24,000 nt of DNA from Carboxydocella sporoproducens DSM 16521 (GTDB lineage Bacteria; Bacillota; GCA-003054495; Carboxydocellales; Carboxydocellaceae): assembly GCF_900167165.1 (NCBI RefSeq), contig NZ_FUXM01000004.1, positions 2,901 to 26,900 of the forward strand. Reading direction: 5' to 3'. The notes below the pieces were generated by a model. It worked only from the letters and a program-made list of their open reading frames with translations. It did not search any database and had not been told where the DNA came from. Made by a program: the position numbers and the translations under genes. This document shows positions 18,624-24,000 of this stretch, piece after piece. Positions within the stretch are counted from its first letter, which is position 1. Each line of letters opens with the position of its first letter.

Positions 18624-18989
18624 ATTGTGAACAATAAAGGACCAGTTATTGCCATTGTTATTATCCCAGTTATTGGCACTGTCCTTGAAGCAGAAATTAA
18701 GCCTGGTCCCTTCGGCCACGGTTATGGTTTTTTCCCAGCCATGGCCGGTAAAATACATGGGATAGTCGGTTACCATCTGCCAGTTGTCATTGGAACCATA
18801 CCCTACATGCAGGTAGATTTGCTGGGCTCCGCTTTTAGCCAGCAGGCCGTTATACAGGATTGTCACTTCCTGACCAGCCGTAATCGGGGTAGGATCCACA
18901 GTCACACCGCCCTGTAGCTGGCTTTCTGCCATCTCCTTCAAGCGGTGATCACTATCGCGGAAATTGGTGTGTTTCATTTCCACCATCAT
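18609..18989 (-). CDS. Stand-alone CBM25/CBM53-like starch/glycogen-binding domain protein, copy 1
   Basis: ILYNGLLAKSGAQQIYLHVGYG..W...M...GWEKTITV...LNFCFKDSANNWDNNNGNNW matches the YN..L / G.N.W / F.F.D...WDNN.G pattern of CBM25/CBM53. No catalytic domain and no signal peptide. The start is ambiguous (ATG 18989/18986 or GTG 18983) because GGAGGTG lies immediately upstream. Confidence 0.75.
   Translation of the reverse strand: MMVEMKHTNFRDSDHRLKEMAESQLQGGVTVDPTPITAGQEVTILYNGLLAKSGAQQIYLHVGYGSNDNWQMVTDYPMYFTGHGWEKTITVAEGTRLNFCFKDSANNWDNNNGNNWSFIVHNGRMV
18661..18698. repeat. 38-nt stretch identical to 19389..19426 (copy 1 vs copy 3 of the CBM genes)
   Basis: ttatcccagttattggcactgtccttgaagcagaaatt occurs at both positions (compared by hand). 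Extending to 48 nt adds only 2 mismatches. Confidence 0.9.
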
Positions 18990-18998
18990 TTCACCTCC

Positions 18999-19337
18999 TC
19001 AGGAGATAACTTCCAGCCGCCAATTGTGGCCATTGTTGTTATCCCAGTTATTGGCCGCATCCCGGAAGCAAAAATTCAATTCATGGACATCCTGGACCTG
19101 GATGGTATTTTCCCAGCCCCGGGCAGTCCGCACCATAGGCATGTCCAGGGAATCATGCCAGTCCGGACCATAGCCGGCATGCAAATATACCTGGCTAGCA
19201 CCGCTATTGGCCAGGAGGCCATTGTAGATAATGGTCACTGAACCCCCGCGGGCTACCGGCAGGGGCCCGGCTACTACACCATTGACCAGGTGCCCTGTGC
19301 CCTCAATGGCGATATGATGCACCGTCTTCACCTCCAT
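18999..19337 (-). CDS. Stand-alone CBM25/CBM53-like domain protein, copy 2
   Basis: IIYNGLLANSGASQVYLHAGYG..W...M...GWENTIQV...LNFCFRDAANNWDNNNGHNW. ATG 19337 overlaps the upstream stop (TAATG). Alternatively GTG 19322 lies 6 nt after an internal GGAGGTG. Confidence 0.75.
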   Translation of the reverse strand: MEVKTVHHIAIEGTGHLVNGVVAGPLPVARGGSVTIIYNGLLANSGASQVYLHAGYGPDWHDSLDMPMVRTARGWENTIQVQDVHELNFCFRDAANNWDNNNGHNWRLEVIS

Positions 19338-19648
19338 TAGGCTCGCAAATTGTTGTTGATAGCTACTGACCAGTTGAGGCCATTATTGTTATCCCAGTTA
19401 TTGGCACTGTCCTTGAAGCAGAAATTGAGGCTGCCGGGATGTTCTACTGACAGCACCTTCTGCCAGCCATTGGCCGTTTTCTGCATGGGGTAATCACAAA
19501 CATATTCCCATTTATCCCCATAACCCACATGCAAGTACACCTGGTCAGCTCCCGACCGGGCCAGTAAGCCATTGTACTGAATCCGGACCAGATCACCCGC
19601 CTTGATAATGTCCGGAGTAACCTCAATTCCCTGTTGTTCAATCCGCAT
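19337..19648 (-). CDS. Stand-alone CBM25/CBM53-like domain protein, copy 3
   Basis: IQYNGLLARSGADQVYLHVGYGDKW...M...GWQKVLSV...LNFCFKDSANNWDNNNGLNW. I place the start at ATG 19648 (GGAGGTG + 6 nt) rather than the track start 19666. Confidence 0.75.
   Translation of the reverse strand: MRIEQQGIEVTPDIIKAGDLVRIQYNGLLARSGADQVYLHVGYGDKWEYVCDYPMQKTANGWQKVLSVEHPGSLNFCFKDSANNWDNNNGLNWSVAINNNLRA
19389..19426. repeat. 38-nt stretch identical to 18661..18698
   Basis: As for the partner repeat. It encodes (N)FCFKDSANNWDNN on the minus strand. Confidence 0.9.
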
Positions 19649-19697
19649 ATAAATCACCTCCGGCATTAGTATGATACCAGCAGGGCAAATCTATGCT

Positions 19698-19727
19698 AAA
19701 AAAATAGCCCTCGGTTTAACCGAGGGC
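19698..19727 (-). terminator. Rho-independent terminator after sdhB
   Basis: GCCCTCGG (19707..19714) / CCGAGGGC (19720..19727), 8-bp perfect stem, 5-nt loop. On the minus strand it is followed by TATTTTTTT. Confidence 0.8.
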
Positions 19728-19737
19728 AAAAAACTGG

Positions 19738-20490
19738 CTATTTTCTTAACCAGCGTTTAATGGCATATTTTACCGTTTCTTTATTCATATCCGCAATGGA
19801 GGTAGTCAGGGGAATCTGTTTGGGACAAACCCGCACACAGTTCTGGGAATTACCACAATCCGTAATCCCCCCATCTCCCATAATGGCTTCCAACCGCTCT
19901 TCCTTGTTCATTTCCCCGGTCGGATGAGTGTTGAACAAGCGCACCTGGGAGATAGCTGCCGGACCGATGAATTTGGATTTGCTGTTCACCTGGGGACAGG
20001 CTTCCATGCAGCAACCACAGGTCATACAGCGGGATAATTCATAGGCCCATTCCTGGGTTTTGGCCGCCAGTTTGGGCCCTGGCCCCAGATCATAGGTACC
20101 ATCGATAGGAATCCATGCTTTGACTTTTTTCAGATTTTCAAACATGATGCTGCGGTCTACCATCAAATCGCGAATCAGGGGAAACTTGGTCAGAGGTCTC
20201 AATTCAACAGGCTGTTGTAACTGGTCAATCAAAGCCGAGCAAGCCTGTCTGGGAACCCCGTTTATTAGCATTGTACAGGCCCCGCAAACTTCTTCCAGAC
20301 AATTGCATTCCCACACTACCGGCGTAGTTTTTTCCCCCTGGGCATTGACGGGATTTTTTTGAATTTCCATCAAGGCGGAAATTACATTCATATTGGGCTT
20401 ATACGGGATTTTAAACTCTTCCCAGTAGGGTTTGGCCTGGGGACTTTCCTGCCGCCGTACCCGCAGGTGAATGTATTTTTGTTCAGCCAT
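19738..20490 (-). CDS. sdhB: Succinate dehydrogenase iron-sulfur subunit
   Basis: Cys clusters for 2Fe-2S (CNCLEEVCGAC), 4Fe-4S (CMTCGCCMEAC) and 3Fe-4S (CGNSQNCVRVCP). The ATG overlaps the sdhA TGA by 1 nt, with GGAGGTG 8 nt upstream. Confidence 0.95.
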   Translation of the reverse strand: MAEQKYIHLRVRRQESPQAKPYWEEFKIPYKPNMNVISALMEIQKNPVNAQGEKTTPVVWECNCLEEVCGACTMLINGVPRQACSALIDQLQQPVELRPLTKFPLIRDLMVDRSIMFENLKKVKAWIPIDGTYDLGPGPKLAAKTQEWAYELSRCMTCGCCMEACPQVNSKSKFIGPAAISQVRLFNTHPTGEMNKEERLEAIMGDGGITDCGNSQNCVRVCPKQIPLTTSIADMNKETVKYAIKRWLRK

Positions 20491-22250
20491 CAGGCCTTCA
20501 CCTCCGATTTATCCACATCGTATTTGCGCGGCCGGGGCTTGATCAGGGAGACATCCACCGGCTCATATTCCAGCCGTGGCCCAGCGGGAGTATAGAAGGC
20601 CTTGGTGGTCTTCAGCCAGTTTTCATCATCCCGGTTGGGAAACTCCGGCTTATAATGGGCACCCCGGCTTTCATTGCGGGCAATAGCCCCTCTGGTAATC
20701 ACCCGGGCCAGCTGCAGCATACCCCAGAGATGGCGCACAAACATCACACACTGGTTGGACCAGCGGCCGGTATCCGCCAGATTGATATTCTGGTAGCGCT
20801 CCATCAATTCCTGAATTTTGGCATCGGTTTTTTCCATCCGGTCATTATAGCGCACTACCGTGACATTATCGGTCATCCATTTACCCAGCTCTTCATGAAG
20901 CAGATAGGGATTTTCCTTGCCATTCATCCGGTAAATGGCTTCCACCTTTTCCTCCTGCCGTTTGCGCTCCTGTTCAAACAGCCTTTCCTCCAGAGCAAAG
21001 GCCGACTTGCTCAAACCGCTGGCATAGGCCACTGCTGCCGGTCCCACTATCATGCCACTATAAATGGCAGAAAGCAGGGAGTTGGCACCCAGGCGGTTAG
21101 CACCATGGTACTGGTAGTCACATTCCCCGGCAGCAAACAATCCGGGAATATTGGTCATATGATTGTAATCCACCCAGAGCCCGCCCATGGAATAGTGGAC
21201 ACCCGGGAATATCTTCATCGGCACTTTGCGGGGATCTTCCCCAACAAATTTTTCATAGATCTCCAGAATCCCGCCCAGCTTGCGGTCCAGCACTTTAGGA
21301 TCTATATGGGAAACATCCAGATAAACCATGTTCTGACCATTTATCCCCAGTTTCAAATCCACACAGACATAGAAAATCTCCCGGGTAGCGATATCCCGCG
21401 GTACCAGGTTCCCATAGGCCGGATATTTTTCTTCCAGGAAATACCAGGGTTTACCATCCTTGTAAGTCCAGACCCGACCGCCTTCACCGCGGGCCGATTC
21501 GGACATCAAACGCAATTTATCCTCTCCTGGAATAGCAGTAGGATGGATCTGAATAAACTCCCCGTTGGCATAGCAGGCGCCTTGCATGTAAACTGCCGCC
21601 GCCGCCCAGCCGGTATTGATAGTGGAGTTGGTACTCTTGCCAAAGATCATGCCCGGGCCACCGGTGGCCATAATCACCGCTTCACCCCGGAAGGCCCTGA
21701 TTTCCATGCTAGCCAGGTTCTGGGCGGTAATCCCCCGGCAAATCCCCTGCTCATCCAGCACAATGGAAAGGAAATCCCAGCCCTCATACTTTTGCACCAG
21801 ACCAGCTGCTTCCCAGCGCCGTACCTGTTCATCACAGGCATAAAGTAATTGCTGGCCGGTGGTCGCTCCAGCAAAAGCGGTACGATGGTGTTTGGTACCA
21901 CCAAAACGCCGGAAATCCAGATGTCCTTCCGGTGTGCGGTTGAACATTACTCCCATCCGGTCCATCAAATGGATAATTCCAGGTGCCGCTTCACACATTT
22001 TCAGCACCGGTGGTTGATTGGCCAGAAAGTCCCCGCCATAAATGGTATCATCAAAATGCTCCCAGGGAGAATCCCCTTCCCCCTTGGTGTTAACGGCACC
22101 ATTAATCCCCCCCTGGGCACAAACGGAGTGACTGCGTTTTACCGGTACCAGAGAGAAAAGATCAACCTTGAAGCCAGCCTCTGCTGCCTTAATGGTAGCC
22201 ATCAGGCCGGCCAGGCCGCCACCAACAACGATAATCTTCTTTTCCGCCAT
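20490..22250 (-). CDS. sdhA: Succinate dehydrogenase flavoprotein subunit
   Basis: MAEKKIIVVGGGLAGLMATIKAAEAGF...RSHSVCAQGGING (FAD-binding fold and covalent-FAD His region), very close to my recollection of Bacillus SdhA. I place the start at ATG 22250, because the track start 22295 overlaps sdhC. Confidence 0.97.
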   Translation of the reverse strand: MAEKKIIVVGGGLAGLMATIKAAEAGFKVDLFSLVPVKRSHSVCAQGGINGAVNTKGEGDSPWEHFDDTIYGGDFLANQPPVLKMCEAAPGIIHLMDRMGVMFNRTPEGHLDFRRFGGTKHHRTAFAGATTGQQLLYACDEQVRRWEAAGLVQKYEGWDFLSIVLDEQGICRGITAQNLASMEIRAFRGEAVIMATGGPGMIFGKSTNSTINTGWAAAAVYMQGACYANGEFIQIHPTAIPGEDKLRLMSESARGEGGRVWTYKDGKPWYFLEEKYPAYGNLVPRDIATREIFYVCVDLKLGINGQNMVYLDVSHIDPKVLDRKLGGILEIYEKFVGEDPRKVPMKIFPGVHYSMGGLWVDYNHMTNIPGLFAAGECDYQYHGANRLGANSLLSAIYSGMIVGPAAVAYASGLSKSAFALEERLFEQERKRQEEKVEAIYRMNGKENPYLLHEELGKWMTDNVTVVRYNDRMEKTDAKIQELMERYQNINLADTGRWSNQCVMFVRHLWGMLQLARVITRGAIARNESRGAHYKPEFPNRDDENWLKTTKAFYTPAGPRLEYEPVDVSLIKPRPRKYDVDKSEVKA

Positions 22251-22266
22251 CTTCCTTCTCACCCCT

Positions 22267-22881
22267 TTAGCCTCTGATAAAGCCGAACAGCGCATTCAAG
22301 CCTACAGCAGTAATAACGATAAAGAATATGCTCCAGATGATAGTACTGGTTCTCTGAGCTTTAGGCCCAATGGTAATCCCCCAGGAAACCAGAAAAGCCC
22401 ACATGCCATTGGCAAAATGGAAAGTAGCAGCAATCAACCCGATAGCATAAAGAACAGCATTAACTGGATTGGAAAGCAAATTATGCATAAACTCAAAACT
22501 CATTTCAGTGCCAAAGAACAGGGTTTGCAAACGGGTATTCCAGACATGCCAGATGACAAAAATTAAAGTGATGATACCGGAAAGCCGCTGAATCCAGTAA
22601 AACCAGTTACGATAATACCGGTATTGAAAAACATTGCTCTCTCCCGTCAGAACAATCCAGGTCCCGTAAATACCATGGAACAGAAGCGGCAAAAAAATCA
22701 GGAGTAACTCAATGAAGATAAGATAAGGAATACTCTGAAAAAACTCCACCTTTTCATTAAAGGCTTGTGCCCCTTTCAGGGCAAAGGAATTGGTAAACAA
22801 ATGCTCCAGCAGGAACAAACCAACTGGAATCACCCCCAGAAGGGAATGGAGCTTGCGGATGAAAAAATGATTATCCGCCAT
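22267..22881 (-). CDS. sdhC: Succinate dehydrogenase cytochrome b558 subunit
   Basis: About 204-aa five-helix membrane protein directly upstream of sdhA. FIRKLHSLLGVIPVG is typical of the Bacillus-type dihaem subunit. I place the start at ATG 22881, since GGAGGAGG occupies the track's earlier ATG region. Confidence 0.9.
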   Translation of the reverse strand: MADNHFFIRKLHSLLGVIPVGLFLLEHLFTNSFALKGAQAFNEKVEFFQSIPYLIFIELLLIFLPLLFHGIYGTWIVLTGESNVFQYRYYRNWFYWIQRLSGIITLIFVIWHVWNTRLQTLFFGTEMSFEFMHNLLSNPVNAVLYAIGLIAATFHFANGMWAFLVSWGITIGPKAQRTSTIIWSIFFIVITAVGLNALFGFIRG

Positions 22882-23091
22882 AAAGCCAAAACCTCCTCCC
22901 ATGATGATTGCTTTTCAGTGATATCGTTTACTTGCAAAAAGCATGCCATAAAAAAATTAGACAGGTTAAGCCTCAGACTCACCGGCCTTTATTCTTATTT
23001 CTTGTTTTTATAAAAATGTGGCTAATGAATCGTCTTTTCTTTTCTATTTTCTAAAATTTTTAACCTATGCTGCTTGTTCCTGATTAAGGTA

Positions 23092-23120
23092 TTGACTTCT
23101 GCCACCGCCTTTGCTATAAT
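23092..23120 (+). promoter_or_regulatory. Sigma-A promoter for the tRNA pair
   Basis: TTGACT (23092..23097), a 17-nt spacer, then TATAAT (23115..23120), 12 nt before tRNA-Pro. An AT-rich UP-like region lies upstream. Confidence 0.6.
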
Positions 23121-23132
23121 AACCTTTGTCTG

Positions 23133-23209
23133 CGGGGCGTAGCGCAGTTTGGTAGCGCGCCACATTCGGGATGTGGAGGCCGCAGGTTCGAATCCTGTCG
23201 CCCCGACCA
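23133..23209 (+). tRNA. tRNA-Pro (anticodon CGG)
   Basis: Folded by hand. Acceptor CGGGGCG/CGCCCCG, D-stem GCGC/GCGC, anticodon stem CCACA/TGTGG with loop TTCGGGA, T-arm GCAGG-TTCGAAT-CCTGT, encoded CCA. 77 nt. Confidence 0.95.
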
Positions 23210-23215
23210 GTGCCT

Positions 23216-23302
23216 GCGGACATGGCGGAATTGGCAGACGCGCTAGATTCAGGTTCTAGTGGGCTTACGCCCGTGGAGGTTCAAGTCCTCTTGTCCGCAC
23301 CA
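23216..23302 (+). tRNA. tRNA-Leu (anticodon CAG), class II with long variable arm
   Basis: Acceptor GCGGACA/TGTCCGC, anticodon stem CTAGA/TCTAG with loop TTCAGGT, long variable arm, T-arm GGAGG-TTCAAGT-CCTCT, encoded CCA. 87 nt. Confidence 0.95.
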
Positions 23303-23312
23303 AATCCCACGC

Positions 23313-23346
23313 AAAAAACCGTTGCCGAAAAGCAACGGTTTTTTAT
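23313..23346 (+). terminator. Rho-independent terminator after the tRNAs
   Basis: AAAACCGTTGC-CGAAAA-GCAACGGTTTT followed by additional T residues. Confidence 0.75.
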
Positions 23347-23499
23347 ATTTTTAGATTTAACATAATCGTGCTATAATCCAGTAAATCAACCAGGTGTTTG
23401 TCTATAATTTGCTGAACTTAATTTCTTTTTCACCCAGGCCTTGCATTTCTCATCCCTCACTAATCTGCTTATATCCATATTTTACCCTATTTCCCGCCA

Positions 23500-23534
23500 A
23501 AACAAAAGAAAAAGGCCGGTAGTAACCGACCTTT
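23500..23534 (-). terminator. Rho-independent terminator after the Hsp20 gene
   Basis: Minus strand GGTCGG-TTACTA-CCGGCC (one G-U) directly after the TGA, followed by TTTTTCTTTTGTTTT. Confidence 0.65.
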
Positions 23535-23954
23535 TCAGTTAATATCCACTTTGATGCTGCGTCCTCGTCCCGCTTTGGGGATCCGGATTTCCAGGATGCC
23601 ATTGCGGTAGGATGCCCGGGCTTCTTCTGCCTTTACCGCCGCCGGCAGGGTAAAGGTGCGGGCAAAGGCGCCATAGAACCGTTCAGCATGATGGTAGTCT
23701 TCATCTCTGGTTTCCGCACTGCGCTTGATTTCTCCCCGGATGGTAACCGCATCTTCGGTAACCCGCACATCCAGATCCTCCCTGGACTCAAGGCCGGGGA
23801 TTTCCGCTACCACCACCACTTCATTTTCCGTCTGATAGATGTCCACCCGTGGCCCCGCTACCTGATAGCCCAGAAAGCCCTCCCGGCTGCGGCCTACCGC
23901 TTCCTGGACAAAGCGGTTGAACTCGCGAAAAGGGTCAAAGGGTATAAGGGTCAT
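23535..23954 (-). CDS. Hsp20/alpha-crystallin family small heat-shock protein
   Basis: PRVDIYQTENEVVVVAEIPGL...ERFYGAFARTFTLP..V..EEARASYRNGILEIRIPK is the alpha-crystallin domain. I place the start at ATG 23954 (GGAGG + 8 nt) rather than the track GTG 23963. Confidence 0.9.
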   Translation of the reverse strand: MTLIPFDPFREFNRFVQEAVGRSREGFLGYQVAGPRVDIYQTENEVVVVAEIPGLESREDLDVRVTEDAVTIRGEIKRSAETRDEDYHHAERFYGAFARTFTLPAAVKAEEARASYRNGILEIRIPKAGRGRSIKVDIN

Positions 23955-24000
23955 CTTCATCACCTCCCCTTATACTCTTTTCCCGTGACGGGCAGAATTA

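Noticed and set aside
20655-21848. 397-aa plus-strand ORF antisense to sdhA. Similar long antisense ORFs occur at 3255..4010, 9410..9940, 16331..17254 and 17359..18216.
   Set aside because: All lie opposite genes with unambiguous family motifs. They lack SD sequences and recognisable motifs. Their length is a by-product of the codon bias of the true genes.
22882-23091. Promoter for sdhCAB in the AT-rich region upstream of sdhC
   Set aside because: Several partial hexamers (TTGCAA, TAAGAAT) are present, but none has convincing spacing. It cannot be called by eye.
23171-23365. 64-aa ORF on the plus strand
   Set aside because: It is made entirely of tRNA-Pro and tRNA-Leu sequence plus their terminator.
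1-24000. CRISPR arrays, transposases, integrases, phage genes, toxin-antitoxin pairs or known defence systems
   Set aside because: I scanned the ORF list and intergenic regions. There are no direct-repeat/spacer arrays, no DDE, serine or tyrosine recombinase-like ORFs and no terminal inverted repeats. The only repeats are the paralogous CBM and DUF4912 genes.

Overview
Chromosomal window from a Gram-positive (Bacillota-type) genome of moderate GC content. Supporting signs are GGAGG-type ribosome-binding sites, Bacillus-type sdhCAB, and hpf...secA-prfB synteny. Almost everything is on the minus strand. Left to right: 5' end of a split transketolase, a YitT-family membrane protein, prfB (programmed +1 frameshift visible at CTT TGA C), secA, then a block of membrane and c-di-GMP-type genes. 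That block holds a DUF5317-like protein, a degenerate HD-GYP, a canonical HD-GYP with an anomalously AT-rich 5' half, a 25-codon ORF with a perfect SD, and an unassigned 214-aa protein. It sits between secA and hpf. Next come a polar amino-acid ABC transporter (ATPase, permease, lipoprotein binding protein) and a CPBP intramembrane protease. The most unusual region is 12.2-19.7 kb, a non-classical alpha-glucan (glycogen/granulose-like) neighbourhood in three transcription units. Unit one (plus strand) is two DUF4912 paralogues, one membrane-anchored, translationally coupled to a GH57 branching enzyme. Unit two converges on it: a K-x-GGL retaining glycosyltransferase plus an 805-aa sugar-1-P nucleotidyltransferase fused to a phosphohexomutase-like domain whose four catalytic motifs all look substituted. 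Unit three is three tandem genes, each encoding only a CBM25/CBM53-like starch-binding domain with no signal peptide. The window ends with sdhCAB, a tRNA-Pro/tRNA-Leu pair with a consensus promoter, and an Hsp20 gene. I found no CRISPR array, transposase, integrase or phage gene. All family assignments come from motif recognition by eye, with no database search, so they are hypotheses to be confirmed by HMM or structure searches.
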